Sequence record: OU509535.1
Length of the DNA: 64,000 bases
Reading direction: 5' to 3' (one strand)
In this document: positions 21,101 to 32,192 of the stretch, in pieces
Position numbering within the stretch: position 1 is the first letter of the stretch
How the letters are laid out: the number at the start of each line of letters is the position of its first letter
Notes under the pieces: generated by a model
Database searches by the model: none
What the model was told of the DNA's origin: nothing
The model's input: the letters and a program-made list of their open reading frames with translations, nothing else
Position numbers and translations under genes: made by a program

Positions 21101-21673
21101 TTGATCTTCAGTTGCAGTTGCAGTGAATTCCTCATTATCAGTGTTGATCGTGTCTTCACCAACAACAACATAAATGGTATCGCCTGTACTTAATTTGGAA
21201 TTAAATGTTACAGTACCACCAAATGTTTGGTAAGATAAACCTGGATATTGTAGTACACCGTTAACATAGATAATTGCTTTTTTGAAATCTAGATTAGGAA
21301 CCGTAAATTGAGTTTGTCCGGCAGCGGCGATAGAACTCCACGTTACTGTAGTTTTGGATGAATCAAAGATAGTAACCCAATCCGAATCGTTAACATCGTT
21401 AACGACTCTCATCATCAATTTCACTGGTGCCGAATCGGTGTCTTTCCAATCTCCAGTATTAAAAGAAAACATCCCAGCGATATTTTCTTGTTTACCAAAA
21501 TTTGTTACTAAAGTATTACTTGCTAAATCTGTAGTGCTTTCATCAATTTCATTTATTGTGAATTTTCCTTTAGGCATAATTTTAGAATCTGATAACTTTT
21601 CATTATCAAATATCACTCCACCTTTAAGGGATGCATCTACGGCTGACAAGGAGCCTTTAAATTTATATGCCAT
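18134..21673 (-). CDS. Large RBP with five ~62 aa NG(V/I)LQ docking repeats plus tailspike body (probable branching hub)
   Basis: Five repeats of the type T.F.VP...(I/V).ING.LQ....Y...G..L.GD; a [12 protein letters not shown] module; GGGIF...DDG motif and beta-helix C-terminal part. Confidence 0.8.
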   Translation of the reverse strand: MAYKFKGSLSAVDASLKGGVIFDNEKLSDSKIMPKGKFTINEIDESTTDLASNTLVTNFGKQENIAGMFSFNTGDWKDTDSAPVKLMMRVVNDVNDSDWVTIFDSSKTTVTWSSIAAAGQTQFTVPNLDFKKAIIYVNGVLQYPGLSYQTFGGTVTFNSKLSTGDTIYVVVGEDTINTDNEEFTATATEDQTDIVLPFTKKTNFVFINGILQYPDSYTVSGSTITLDDELYLNDDILVLGNETDLVSFTALASQDQTDFTLPGEFDDGLVYINGVLQYDNAYSVSGTTLSFISSLDENDNVFVTLNDPKFIDSVNASYTSTITDESNNKLNIPYFNFSELQVFINGVLQNPDRGAYILNGTEVTLSSPLQLGDDIHVIVYNSPVQNSNLVTKADLTSYATEEELQELKNSLKNEGINLKWQPHLPSIEVAFGLPRRSLKIWTVGSTSTVNQYWLYPVNGTVWTGEGTLGTVPATPFYKLDSNKDVITWTYTATSDNVTRIFVPYNFGSIAIFINGVLQSINLNHYTIDGQYINLNGALQTGDNFIAILGKLVFNTNPYVTNQDLINYAKTSELDFYVQKSNLSSEDGLKYIGMAKSVSSLRMIEPEYDGQHIEVKSFYENLNVGGGIFVYESDNTNTDDGLINIVTYSGKVWKRKLENNIIYISMAGILGNGDDETAKLVNLISVCSSLSGYVIDGENKTITKSSSIEIDLVKVGLQNISLYDTTVNSYDPYYILILDGSSVSSRKSKGNICVFNNVEVYGAVNRNTSNVHGILIQPSNSLSSVSMNNIDIRYVNCGLVFAANSYLTIHNNWVIHNCNIALSTTQYTGTSSTTLNNAGENIRFNDCIISDSNMISRLTGFECGLTFNSCSFDYTGGSVENNYVQWSDFRQGSKIDFYGCHFESGNVNDNWTGNYFQVNTSVAINIIGGMMRHSSTYNSCPYWFYDESTNGQFVIEGTDIWGAGVRQWSNRGMSKFYPMINGLNSQVRGYLSDKSNLILENNFSKSENTTTLDNWQVIDGTKSSSVISDVLSCVVTTFTDSNAITYPALKVKKLKTSAGATLRLYVKAPYSNFGPLGTVSIGSNSQITPSGACTVSVGFVKSKNMFDPYGQPLHTKITPVVTTTITSISPTISTFNARGQLTISDDYIGYDYLFLSVNLGGLSANDEIYITYYNLEVPKR

Positions 21674-21703
21674 TTAATAATCCTTTTATATTAATTTAAA
21701 AAT

Positions 21704-24226
21704 TTATTGTGTTCTATTATAACCAAACATGGTTGCTGTAATTCCCAAATTGTAAGTTCCAGCGGATAATGATGTTATGAAATAAAGATTAATTCTCATA
21801 CTGGTAGAAGTAGATTCAGTTTTATTGTATGAAGCAATTGCAATAATTTCTGCCGGTAAATTTACGGTAACTAAATCTGGTGCCGAGCCATATGTTCCTG
21901 TTACAATCGGTATATTAAATGAATAAGTGGAACCCGAAGAATATGCCGGAACGGTAAGTTGGTAGTTTCTAGAATATAATAATGGTTCAATATTATTATT
22001 ATTATATGTTCCACCAATAAGAGTTGATGTTAATGATATTCCTTTATTTGAACCAGCTATAGTGTTAAGTTGATCTGATGTAGAATCTATATATATGCAA
22101 TTAGTGCAATTATTAGCAATATTAGAAGATATAATATTATTTGTGCTTCCACCAGAAACCTTAACTGAACCACCTGAATTAGTCGAATTACATTCTGATA
22201 TAATCATATTTTTTGAATTATATATTGATATTCCGAAATTATTAATTTTTGTATTTGCAGCACCACTCCCAGCAATATTTACTGAATTAATAATCCCACC
22301 TGAATTATTGTACATATATATTCCGTATGCATTTGTTATGTCTGACCCAGCACTTGCAAATAAGTATAAATTATTAATATGTGGAGTTGTACAATTTTTA
22401 ATATATATACATGAATCTGCACCTAATAATCCCCCTAAATTAATATGACCATTTGATATATATGGACCGTATAATGCACATAATGACTCGCTTATGGCTG
22501 AATATGTTGGATCATATTCTCCACAGATACCACGTAGAACATTTACAAACTCAAAATGACTAATATGTAAACCTTCTATGTAGTCAACCGAATTAATTGC
22601 TCTTCCTACATTATATATCCACATGTTACTAAAATGCATATCAACTGGGAACCCATCACCAGTCATTAGTATACCGTTTGTTTGTGATGACAAATTTGAT
22701 CTATTTCCTCGTATAATAATTTTATCGATTGAATAGTTCATCCATGATATAATTTGTATAGCATTTACAAAACAACCACTTGAAATAACATCAATTGATA
22801 TATTATATATATTACCTCTTCTTATAGTTCTATCTGATAGTAAATATTTTCCAGCAGATGCCTGAGTTGACATTTGTGCAGAACCATCAATTGTTAATAA
22901 TGCATCAATATTTTCTATTTGTGCAGATGATGAAATTGATAAATTTTCTATAGTAATAAAATTTGATGAAACGGTTTGATTTATTTTTAACCCATAAGAA
23001 AGTGGATTATTAAAAATTATTTTTGAAATTTCAGGAGATATACCACATATTTTTATAGGGGATGTTGTGTTTATTTCAATAAATTCAGACACTACATATA
23101 TATTATCAATCAAAAAGGTAATATTATTTTCTAATGCAATACTCAATGCTTGTTTAAAATAAAAACTTGAATCACTTATTCCATCAGTTGGGCAACCATT
23201 CATCATTGATGGTGATATCCACTGAATGGCATCTTGTAGTGTATTAGTACCATAATTAAGACCAATATATTTCAAACCATTCTCTAACATTTCTTGTTTT
23301 AACAAGTACTCATCACTTTGTACAACAACATCACCAAGCATTACAATAATTTCATCATCTTGATATAATTCTTCAGAAAAAGTGATAATTCTATCAGCAC
23401 CAATACTATATGCAGTACTGGGATTCTGTAAAACACCATTAATATAAACAATAGCAGTACTGAAATCATATGGCACTTGAATTGTTGTTTGACCTTGCAT
23501 TGCATTAGCTGTGTAAATTCTATTAAGTTTATCATTAGTACTGATATTAGGATTACCAATAAAAACATACAACAAATCACCAGATTCTAATTCAGTAGTG
23601 AATGTTAATGTACTACCAGATACAGTGTAATTCAATCCTGGTAACTGAATTGAACCATTAACAAATACAGTTATAGTACTAAATGTGAATGGAATATTAA
23701 AATCAGTTTGACCATCGGTTGCTGATGCAGAATATGTTTTAATACTTGCATTAAAATTTGGAGTAATTTTTTCAAAACCAGTACTGGTTTCGGGATTATT
23801 ACCAAGGACACCAACCCCATTCCACACTGTACCATCAGTGTATAACCAATAATCATCTGATGTTGCAGTAGTACCAGATTTCCACATTTTTAATGAATTT
23901 TTAGTTAGTCCATAAGCAACTTCAACAGTAGGGAGATGTGCGTTCCAGTCCAGAGTTAAACCCTCTGTTTCCATTTTTTCTTTTAATTTGCTGTATATAA
24001 CCGGAACCCAAGCAGTATCTGAAATGCCACCATCAGTATTTGGATTATTAGTACTGGTAATATGAGGTAATGTACCTTTCCATACGTATCCAGTTTTAAT
24101 TGAAGTAACTGGATCTGTATAATATAAAATTTGGTTGTTTGATACTAATCGTTTGTTAATAACAAAGTCACCAGCATCAATTAGTGCACTTGAAATATTT
24201 GTTGCACTTAAATTGTTCAATGACAT
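21704..24226 (-). CDS. Tailspike with two docking repeats
   Basis: Start moved to the ATG at 24226 (GAGGT SD, MSLNNLS); Y.WKG.LPH...DGGIS module, HLPTVEV module, two NGxLQ repeats, beta-helix. Confidence 0.85.
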   Translation of the reverse strand: MSLNNLSATNISSALIDAGDFVINKRLVSNNQILYYTDPVTSIKTGYVWKGTLPHITSTNNPNTDGGISDTAWVPVIYSKLKEKMETEGLTLDWNAHLPTVEVAYGLTKNSLKMWKSGTTATSDDYWLYTDGTVWNGVGVLGNNPETSTGFEKITPNFNASIKTYSASATDGQTDFNIPFTFSTITVFVNGSIQLPGLNYTVSGSTLTFTTELESGDLLYVFIGNPNISTNDKLNRIYTANAMQGQTTIQVPYDFSTAIVYINGVLQNPSTAYSIGADRIITFSEELYQDDEIIVMLGDVVVQSDEYLLKQEMLENGLKYIGLNYGTNTLQDAIQWISPSMMNGCPTDGISDSSFYFKQALSIALENNITFLIDNIYVVSEFIEINTTSPIKICGISPEISKIIFNNPLSYGLKINQTVSSNFITIENLSISSSAQIENIDALLTIDGSAQMSTQASAGKYLLSDRTIRRGNIYNISIDVISSGCFVNAIQIISWMNYSIDKIIIRGNRSNLSSQTNGILMTGDGFPVDMHFSNMWIYNVGRAINSVDYIEGLHISHFEFVNVLRGICGEYDPTYSAISESLCALYGPYISNGHINLGGLLGADSCIYIKNCTTPHINNLYLFASAGSDITNAYGIYMYNNSGGIINSVNIAGSGAANTKINNFGISIYNSKNMIISECNSTNSGGSVKVSGGSTNNIISSNIANNCTNCIYIDSTSDQLNTIAGSNKGISLTSTLIGGTYNNNNIEPLLYSRNYQLTVPAYSSGSTYSFNIPIVTGTYGSAPDLVTVNLPAEIIAIASYNKTESTSTSMRINLYFITSLSAGTYNLGITATMFGYNRTQ

Positions 24227-24259
24227 ATTAAACCTCATCTAAAAGTTTATGTATAGTAT

Positions 24260-24287
24260 TATTTATGATGCTCTTTAGAACTAAATA
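24260..24287. promoter_or_regulatory. Back-to-back TAAATA late promoters driving divergent RBP operons
   Basis: TATTTA (minus-strand TAAATA) at 24260-65 and TAAATA at 24282-87 lie in the ~95 bp gap between divergent RBP genes. Confidence 0.6.
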
Positions 24288-24320
24288 CATGAAAGCAAAT
24301 GCAAACTAAGAGGTTTTGAC

Positions 24321-26735
24321 ATGTCTTTAAGTAATTTAAGCTCAAGTAATAGTAATGGGGCATTTCTTGATTATGGAGAATTCAGAAGTGGTGTCTATAT
24401 CCAAACATCAAATCAGATTTTGTACTTCACTGATGAAAATGGAAATAAAGTAGGTTATCAGTGGAAGGGACTTTTACCCCATACAACAACAACGAATGAT
24501 CCAAATACTGATGGTGGTATTTCAGATACTGCTTGGTGTAGCATTGTTGGAAGTGGATTTATTGAAAAATTATCAAAAGAAGGTATTGATTTAAGTTGGC
24601 AAGCACACTTACCAACAGTTGAGGTTTCATATAACTTACCACATAAGACTTTGAAGATTTGGGAAAAAGGTCTAAACAGTACTGTAAATGATTATTGGCT
24701 ATATACCGATGACGGTACTGTGTGGAATGGGGTTGGCGTTCTTGGGGATATCCCGGATGTACCTTTTAAACAAATTGTACCACAAAATAATGTAATAGAG
24801 TGGAGTTCAATTGCAACAGAAGGACAAAACCAATTTACTGTACCGTATGAATTCACAAATATATCAGTTTTTATTAATGGGTTATTGCAGAATAAAAGTA
24901 CTGGTGGATATGTGGTTAATGGTAGTACCGTTACATTAAATGGTTCATTAAAAGCTGGTGATGATATTCATGTTGTTATTAGTAATGTTCCCACTGCTAA
25001 TATTGATTATGTAACACAAGATGAATTATTAAATTATGATTATGTTACAAATAATAATTTAAAGTCTTCATCTGGTGCATCGTTGGTTGGTACATCCAAC
25101 AATGGGAACGTACAACAATATCTACATGATTTTAATATTTTATCATATGGAGCAAAAGACAATACTATACCGGGTAATGATGATTTTGATAACCGAAAAC
25201 CAATACAAGATACAATAGATGCAGCCAACGCCAGATATTTAAGTACTGGGGTTATACAAACTGTCTTGGTTCCTGAAGGTGTATATAAAATGTCAACAGT
25301 TAATTTGATACCAACTGGAAGCTCAACTGCATATGGGATTGTTAGTTTAAAATTACTTAGTGGTATTAATTTAGTAGGTAATGGTACTTTAACTGTTTTT
25401 GATAACGCATATGGTGCTGGTGCATTTTACAGAATTATTGGTTCAGATAGAGGGGCGGCGGTTTCTGATGTTTCAATAAAAGGAATTACTTTGGACGGAA
25501 ATTCTTCCAATCAAATATCTAGTGTACAATGTTCCAATTTAGTCCTCGAAGCTGCTAATAATATACTAATAAATGGTATAAGAAGTATTAATGCAAATGG
25601 TAATGGCATTATGATTAGGGGTATTATAGGAAACCCAATGACTAATGTAAGGATTGTTAACAATTACGTATACAATTGCACATCAATTGGTATACAAAGT
25701 TCTCAATTCAATGGACTAGTGATATCTGGTAATACAGTAGATAAAACCAGTAACAACTGCATTGACATATATGGTGATACTAACGTATCAGCATCAGAAT
25801 CGAATGGTGTAAATTTTTCAATTATTGGCAATACTGTAAGAAATTCATCGATTGCTGGTATTTTTCCTGAAACTGTAGCTAATGGTACAATTGTTGGTAA
25901 CAGTATATATAATTGTCCAGAAGGAATTCATGTAAATAGAATACGTTCAATACCAAAAAATATCATCATTTCCAGCAATTCAATTTATTCGTCATCAGTT
26001 GCCGGTATTTGGATTTCAGGTGATATGGAAGGTATTAATATTGTAGGAAATTCAATATTCGATTTTTCCAACGTAGCAATTCAATTTGGAACATCCAACG
26101 GTAACGTTTCAAATATATCAATGCGAAATAATTTGTTTATTCCATCATCATCAACGAACGTCGTATTAAAAATCATTGCAATCATTGCTTCTAGGATTGA
26201 AGTTAGAAACAATACAGTGAGGAATAATGTTGGTTTAAATATGGGTAATATCTATCAGATCTCAGCTAGTACCGTTTCTGGAGTGAATGTTGATAGCTGG
26301 GCTATTACTGGTAGTTCTTTATCAAATACCGGTCTGGAAATGTATAAAAATGGTACATTTACACCAACTGTTTTTGGTCAAACAACCGCTGGGTCAGCAA
26401 CTTATACTACCCAATCAGGTAATTATGTCAGAATTGGTGAAATTGTACATTTTTCAGCAACCATTGTATATACAGGATTAACGGGAACTGGTGTATTGAT
26501 GATTGGTGGTTTGCCATTTACTCCATCAACGACCAGCAACCAACCTCTGACAAATATCACACATTCTGGTATATCAATGGATGCATATGGAAAACGTTTA
26601 AATGCAAGTGCTATATCAAACGGTTTAACAATTTCTATTATTTCCGATGGTTATGCCGGGGCTGTAACATACCCAGCAGCAAGTACTTACACTTCAGGAA
26701 CTATTCGAGTATCAGGGTTTTATTTCACTACTTAA
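24321..26735 (+). CDS. Tailspike / putative depolymerase (pectate-lyase-like beta-helix)
   Basis: Same MSL.NLS N-terminal modules; ILSYGAKD...AIDAA...VLVPEGVY entry; many I.GN..N repeats; C-terminal GTFTP...GNYVRIGEIVHF. Confidence 0.87.
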   Translation: MSLSNLSSSNSNGAFLDYGEFRSGVYIQTSNQILYFTDENGNKVGYQWKGLLPHTTTTNDPNTDGGISDTAWCSIVGSGFIEKLSKEGIDLSWQAHLPTVEVSYNLPHKTLKIWEKGLNSTVNDYWLYTDDGTVWNGVGVLGDIPDVPFKQIVPQNNVIEWSSIATEGQNQFTVPYEFTNISVFINGLLQNKSTGGYVVNGSTVTLNGSLKAGDDIHVVISNVPTANIDYVTQDELLNYDYVTNNNLKSSSGASLVGTSNNGNVQQYLHDFNILSYGAKDNTIPGNDDFDNRKPIQDTIDAANARYLSTGVIQTVLVPEGVYKMSTVNLIPTGSSTAYGIVSLKLLSGINLVGNGTLTVFDNAYGAGAFYRIIGSDRGAAVSDVSIKGITLDGNSSNQISSVQCSNLVLEAANNILINGIRSINANGNGIMIRGIIGNPMTNVRIVNNYVYNCTSIGIQSSQFNGLVISGNTVDKTSNNCIDIYGDTNVSASESNGVNFSIIGNTVRNSSIAGIFPETVANGTIVGNSIYNCPEGIHVNRIRSIPKNIIISSNSIYSSSVAGIWISGDMEGINIVGNSIFDFSNVAIQFGTSNGNVSNISMRNNLFIPSSSTNVVLKIIAIIASRIEVRNNTVRNNVGLNMGNIYQISASTVSGVNVDSWAITGSSLSNTGLEMYKNGTFTPTVFGQTTAGSATYTTQSGNYVRIGEIVHFSATIVYTGLTGTGVLMIGGLPFTPSTTSNQPLTNITHSGISMDAYGKRLNASAISNGLTISIISDGYAGAVTYPAASTYTSGTIRVSGFYFTT

Positions 26736-26738
26736 AAT

Positions 26739-26760
26739 AAAAGCACCTTCGGGTGCTTTT
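26739..26760 (+). terminator. Terminator with UUCG loop
   Basis: AAAAGCACC-TTCG-GGTGCTTTT. Confidence 0.85.
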
Positions 26761-26806
26761 ATTTTTGCTAAATACATAATAAAATCTTTATAAAGAGGTT
26801 TATTAA

Positions 26807-29452
26807 ATGTCATTAATTCAACTTTCACCAAGTAATGGTGATTCATTATTAATAAATTCAGGTTCTTTTAGTACTGGTAAAGTCATCAGAACCAGAAATG
26901 AACTTGTATTCTACACTGATCAATATGGTAATAGTACTGGATATCGTTGGTTGGGTAATTTACCTCATACAATTAATGGTAATTCACCTCAAACCGATGG
27001 TGGTATTTCAAGTACATCATGGGAATCTTATATTACTGCAAATTTATATGATAAATTAAAATCAGAAAATATAACTCTATCAGGTACAGCACATTTACCA
27101 ACTGTTGAAGTTTCATATGGATTACCAAAAGGTTCATTGAAAGTTTGGACACCGGGTTCTACCAGTTCATCTTCTCAGTACTGGTTATATACTGACGGTA
27201 CTGTGTGGGGTGGTGTTGGTGTTTTAGGCAATGAACCGGTATCACCGTTCACGCAAATACATTTACAGAGAGATATTATAAAGTATACTTATGTGGTTGT
27301 AACTAATGGTACTAACACAGTATATGTACCTTATACATTTAGTTCAGTGGAAGTTTATATAAATGGAGTATTACAAAGTATAGAGGCTGGTAATTTTTCA
27401 GTAAATTCTAATTATGTAATTTTTTCAGAAAATCTAGTAAAAAATGATGTTATTCAATTCTTTTTATCTAATGTTCCTATTAGTAGTTTAGATTATGCAA
27501 CTAAAATATTGTTAGCATCTGTATCTGGTGCATCATTAATCGGAACAAGTGATGGTAAAACAGTACAAGAAACATTGGATAATTCTCCTAAAATTTTAGG
27601 TGATTATGAAGATTCTATTCACACATTAACTACCACAAATGACATTATTACATTCAGAAGCGTACAATATAGAATTAGTGATGAGTCATTATTACCTTAT
27701 ACAACATCAGGTACTACTATTTCTACATGGACACAAGATGTTATTAATTTCAAAGCACAAAATAGCGATATTTACATTTCAGTACTAAATTATGGGGCGG
27801 TTGGTGATTATGATACATCCACAAGCACAGGAACTGACTGTACCAATATGTTCAAAGCAGCAATTAAAGATGCAATTTCCAAAGGAATTAAAAAAGTTTA
27901 TGTACCCGGTGGAAAATATTTAATAACAGATGAAATTAATTTAGGTGGAGAAAATTTCATTTCTGGAGAGGGTACCCGTGATTATTGGCGTGGAATTGTC
28001 GATGGTGTAAGTTTAGTTGGTGATGGTCCTTATAGTACTATACTAGTTTTCGATCCACCATCTAGTGATACACCGTGTATTTCTGCAAGAGGTGGGTGGG
28101 GTACTCATTCACCAAGAGCCGTCTCTCAATTAGCGATTGAGCCAAAAGTATGGGCTGATTATTCTGGTACTGCATCCGGTACAGGTATATTATTACAAGG
28201 TTGCTGTTTTGTTCCTGTCACCGATGTACATATTGGTAGATTCAAGAGAGGTATTCATCTATGGAATTTATTACAAGGTGCGAATGACACATCCAACACA
28301 TTTACACAAGGAGATTTCACTGAATTCAACCGTTTTACCAGAGTTCGTGTATTCAACAGTGATATAAGCGTTGATTATCAAGTAACAAAAGGAAATAATT
28401 CATTTCATGGTAATTCATTTGCTGATTGTATGTTCCAAATAAATTCATATGGTGGTATTGGTCTACGAATGTGGGATGATGGTACAAGAGCTACAATTGT
28501 TCCACCAACTAATGCGTATTATCAATATATTGCAAATGTTTATAATAACAATTTTGATATAAACTTTTTTGGTAGCGATGCAAGAGTTTGTTATCTTATG
28601 TCGTTGATTCGTGCACAGGGACGTGGTTGTGCGGGTACGATGACAGTTGAGGCGGCTGTTACTTTAAAAACTGATACATTTGAATGGTTCCAAAGTTTTG
28701 GTAGCTTACATTCAATTTCAGCTATCAATACTTCAGTTGGTGCTACAGATACAAATACCAGACCGGTTGCTTTTATGTGGAATAATTCAGCATATCCACA
28801 ACCATATTTTGATGGCTCTGATACATCGGGAACTTTATTAGCCACATCATATCCAAGACAATTTGATGTTAATAATTATGGTAATACTGGAATGGATTTA
28901 CTAAATGTTCGTGGTGCACAATCTGGGTCAATATGGTCACAGTTGACAAGTAACGTCTCAGTTGGATGGTTGTTTTCAACAAGAACAGTAGATAAATCTC
29001 GTGCTGGTCAAAATACAGTTTGGCGTTTTTATTATGATGGTACACAAATTAAATCATCAAATACACAGGTTGGATTATACAATAGTACAGTTGGTGTGAA
29101 TCTCACCAGTACTGCATTAGTCCCTTCTATTAATACGACAATAAATTTGGGTTCTGCATCATTGAGATATAATGGGTTATATATTAATGGATGGAATATG
29201 GGTACAGGTGGTATAGTTCCAGTTACAGATTCATCTGTGAATATAGGCAGTAGTTCATATTTTGTAAACAGAACTTATACAAAAACAACCTATTATACAA
29301 GTACAGTGTTTGATTCTGCGGGAACTGGTTCTCCCGAAGGAATTGTTTCGGCAGGCGTTGGTAGTACATACAGACGAACCGATGGTTCATCTGGTTCAAC
29401 ATTTTATGTTAAAGAATCCGGTACCGGAAATACTGGCTGGGTGGCAAAATAA
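26807..29452 (+). CDS. Tailspike / putative depolymerase
   Basis: Shared N-terminal modules; VLNYGAVGD...VYVPGGKY; C-terminal GSPEGIVSAGVGSTYRRTDG...KESGTGNTGWVAK, common in tailspikes. Confidence 0.87.
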   Translation: MSLIQLSPSNGDSLLINSGSFSTGKVIRTRNELVFYTDQYGNSTGYRWLGNLPHTINGNSPQTDGGISSTSWESYITANLYDKLKSENITLSGTAHLPTVEVSYGLPKGSLKVWTPGSTSSSSQYWLYTDGTVWGGVGVLGNEPVSPFTQIHLQRDIIKYTYVVVTNGTNTVYVPYTFSSVEVYINGVLQSIEAGNFSVNSNYVIFSENLVKNDVIQFFLSNVPISSLDYATKILLASVSGASLIGTSDGKTVQETLDNSPKILGDYEDSIHTLTTTNDIITFRSVQYRISDESLLPYTTSGTTISTWTQDVINFKAQNSDIYISVLNYGAVGDYDTSTSTGTDCTNMFKAAIKDAISKGIKKVYVPGGKYLITDEINLGGENFISGEGTRDYWRGIVDGVSLVGDGPYSTILVFDPPSSDTPCISARGGWGTHSPRAVSQLAIEPKVWADYSGTASGTGILLQGCCFVPVTDVHIGRFKRGIHLWNLLQGANDTSNTFTQGDFTEFNRFTRVRVFNSDISVDYQVTKGNNSFHGNSFADCMFQINSYGGIGLRMWDDGTRATIVPPTNAYYQYIANVYNNNFDINFFGSDARVCYLMSLIRAQGRGCAGTMTVEAAVTLKTDTFEWFQSFGSLHSISAINTSVGATDTNTRPVAFMWNNSAYPQPYFDGSDTSGTLLATSYPRQFDVNNYGNTGMDLLNVRGAQSGSIWSQLTSNVSVGWLFSTRTVDKSRAGQNTVWRFYYDGTQIKSSNTQVGLYNSTVGVNLTSTALVPSINTTINLGSASLRYNGLYINGWNMGTGGIVPVTDSSVNIGSSSYFVNRTYTKTTYYTSTVFDSAGTGSPEGIVSAGVGSTYRRTDGSSGSTFYVKESGTGNTGWVAK

Positions 29453-29461
29453 GGATAAAAA

Positions 29462-31546
29462 ATGTCATTAACTAACTTAAATTCATCAAACTCAAAAAGT
29501 ATGTTAATTAATTCTGGTACATTTAGAAGTGGGGTGTACATCACCTCACAAAACCAAATTTTAACATATACAGATAGTAATGGGATGACTGCTGGATATT
29601 ATTACACTGGCCCAGTTCCATATACTACCACCAAAAATACACCACAGAGTGATAGTGCACTTTGGAAAGTTATGTTCATTGCAGATAAGTACTCTTATCT
29701 AAAATCTGACATTGTACCAATTACCAGTGGTGGTACTGGAGCTAATAATATATCTAATGCAAGAACTAACTTTGGTTTAGGGACTGCTGATACCCCAACG
29801 TTCCAGAGTCTCAATATTCAGTACAGTTCTAATGAACCAAAAATTAATTTAAATAATTCCATCATTAGATCCAACACCAGTAACGCATTAGTTGTTAGTG
29901 CATTACAAGGGATTTATTTACGTCCAGCGGGTGACAATGTTTCGAGTACACAAATTTTATATTCTACTGATGGATCATTGACAATGACAAACACTAATGT
30001 TACAGTTAACGGTAATGTTAGTGTTAACGGTAGTTTAACATTAAGTACTGCATTAGCACTTTCAAGTGGTGGTACTGGAGCAACTGATGCACCCACAGCG
30101 AGAACAAATTTAGGATTAGGTACATCATCAACTGTTGATACTGGTACAAGTGGTGCCACAATTCCATTGCTAAGTACTGCAAATACATGGTCATCTACTC
30201 AAACTATACAAGGCAACTTAGTTGTTGGTGTATCAGGTACGAGTACTATTAATTTGGGTGCTTCTGCTTTTATGCGAGATAATGGATCAAAAGCATTAAT
30301 TATCACGTCCAACTCAGCATCTGATGCATCCCCTGCTGGTCTGTATCTAAGACCAATGGGTGATACTGTAAGTACAGTGCAAATTTATGGTAATAGTACT
30401 GGATGGTCAGTCAATGGTAATACTCAAATTTCTGGAACATTTTCTAATACAGGAAATGCTTCATTTTTGAATAGTGCGTATACAGTTGATAGTACTGGGA
30501 TATACTCATCAAGTACTGGTAAAGTGTTGGGTGCTGTTGGTACACCGTGGAGTAATACTTATACTAATACATTAACATCTGGTACATCAGCACAGCTTTA
30601 TTTGAATTCAACATCCGGTACTATAAATTTACAAAATTCCGGTGTAACCACATATACATATACATCTAGTGCTTTTAGTCCAGCAACAACGGGTAAAAAC
30701 TCAGCGGCGGTTGGAACTCCGTGGAGTGTAACATATAGCAATTCTGTTACATCAGGAACCAGTACTGCATTAACTTTAAATGGTACTTCATCCAACATAA
30801 ATATGCAAATAGCTGGAACTACGATATTGCAATTGGGGTCAGCTAACCTAATTATCAACAATAACATAGGAATACAATCTAAAAATACTTCAAATACAGC
30901 ATTAGATTTGATAAAAATTGATAGTTCTAATATTTCACAAATTGGTAATACATCAATTCCAACAAATATTAATTCTTCAGTTAATCCTACGGTCAAGGTT
31001 GGTGCAAATACTTATACATTGTATAGTACTGGAAACAAACCTACGGTAAGTGCATTTAGAGCAAGCTATTTAACCACCGCTGGTTCTGATTCTAAACAAA
31101 CATTAACTGCATCTAATACACCACAGACTTTATTGGTCAATACTATAACTGCTGCGTCGAGTATTATAACTGCTAACACCAGCACTGGAACATTCTTATC
31201 AAATGTCACACAAGGAATGATGTTATGCATAAGTGCTCAAATCATTAGAGAAGTAACTGGTGGTGGTGATGTTTATTGGATGATGTTTTTGGAAACAAGT
31301 CCTGATGGAACGACATGGACACCAGTTACAGGTTCAAATAGAATAGTTACATTAAGTTCTAGTACTACAAATGAAATGAAACAAGTAGATTTTTCAGTAG
31401 CAATACAATCTACAGCGGGAACATATCTTAGAATTCGACATGCATGTACAGATAGTACTAAAACCGTTTCTGTAATTTCTAAAGATTCATTATTTGCCGG
31501 TGTTCCAATTTCATCTGGTTTGATAGTAAGTTTCTTAACTATATAA
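29462..31546 (+). CDS. Tail fibre protein
   Basis: Shortened MSL.NL N-terminal module; two GGTGA...ARTN(F/L)GLG fibre motifs; Ser/Thr/Gly-rich shaft. Confidence 0.82.
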   Translation: MSLTNLNSSNSKSMLINSGTFRSGVYITSQNQILTYTDSNGMTAGYYYTGPVPYTTTKNTPQSDSALWKVMFIADKYSYLKSDIVPITSGGTGANNISNARTNFGLGTADTPTFQSLNIQYSSNEPKINLNNSIIRSNTSNALVVSALQGIYLRPAGDNVSSTQILYSTDGSLTMTNTNVTVNGNVSVNGSLTLSTALALSSGGTGATDAPTARTNLGLGTSSTVDTGTSGATIPLLSTANTWSSTQTIQGNLVVGVSGTSTINLGASAFMRDNGSKALIITSNSASDASPAGLYLRPMGDTVSTVQIYGNSTGWSVNGNTQISGTFSNTGNASFLNSAYTVDSTGIYSSSTGKVLGAVGTPWSNTYTNTLTSGTSAQLYLNSTSGTINLQNSGVTTYTYTSSAFSPATTGKNSAAVGTPWSVTYSNSVTSGTSTALTLNGTSSNINMQIAGTTILQLGSANLIINNNIGIQSKNTSNTALDLIKIDSSNISQIGNTSIPTNINSSVNPTVKVGANTYTLYSTGNKPTVSAFRASYLTTAGSDSKQTLTASNTPQTLLVNTITAASSIITANTSTGTFLSNVTQGMMLCISAQIIREVTGGGDVYWMMFLETSPDGTTWTPVTGSNRIVTLSSSTTNEMKQVDFSVAIQSTAGTYLRIRHACTDSTKTVSVISKDSLFAGVPISSGLIVSFLTI

Positions 31547-31552
31547 TAAAAA

Positions 31553-31583
31553 AAAAAGCCGCAATTTATGTTGCGGCTTTTTT
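31553..31583 (+). terminator. Terminator ending the RBP cluster
   Basis: AAAAAGCCGCAA-TTTATG-TTGCGGCTTTTT. Confidence 0.85.
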
Positions 31584-31631
31584 ACATTATGATATTATTA
31601 CATCATTCTAAATCCATTTAAAAATCTTTTG

Positions 31632-31660
31632 TTGACAAAGGATCTATTTTAAGTTAAAAT
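31632..31660 (+). promoter_or_regulatory. Sigma70-type early promoter
   Basis: TTGACA-17 nt-TAAAAT ahead of 31689. Confidence 0.75.
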
Positions 31661-31688
31661 ACAAAAATAACTATCAAGAGACTGAAAA

Positions 31689-32192
31689 ATGGCGAAATTT
31701 GATCGACTACCAAAAAAGTATACTTTTGTATTACATTTACTAAGAAGAAGTTCAGTACTAAAATCGTTAGTACCTGATGATAAATCAAGAAAAGAACTTA
31801 TTGAATGCATGTATGATATGTCCAGACATACATTATATAAATTATTAAAGGATTATAGTACTGATCCGTTTAATTCACGTTTTGAACTAAATTCTTCACC
31901 GAATTATACATCATTAGCATCCATTGATAAGTTTGAACTAAGAGACAAAACTAACAATATTCTTTTATGTATCAGCAACTATAATGGTAGTACCGAAAAA
32001 TACAATCCAAAGTATATCAAATGTAATGCACATATTAATGGAAAGTACATAAGTGATGTTTTAACTGAAAATGAAAAATTGTACTTTTTACGTTTACATG
32101 AAGATGTGCGTGTAATGATCAAAAACTTTGATGAATTGGAAAAATATCAGGAAATCAACGAAGTCAAAGATAAACTAAAAAGGTTATATTAA
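31689..32192 (+). CDS. Hypothetical protein
   Basis: 167 aa ORF after a sigma70 promoter; coupled to the next gene. Confidence 0.75.
   Translation: MAKFDRLPKKYTFVLHLLRRSSVLKSLVPDDKSRKELIECMYDMSRHTLYKLLKDYSTDPFNSRFELNSSPNYTSLASIDKFELRDKTNNILLCISNYNGSTEKYNPKYIKCNAHINGKYISDVLTENEKLYFLRLHEDVRVMIKNFDELEKYQEINEVKDKLKRLY

Noticed and set aside
4945-31546. DGR or Gin/Cin-type invertase system diversifying the tail fibres
   Set aside because: No reverse transcriptase or site-specific recombinase in the window, and the repeat pairs do not differ specifically at adenines.
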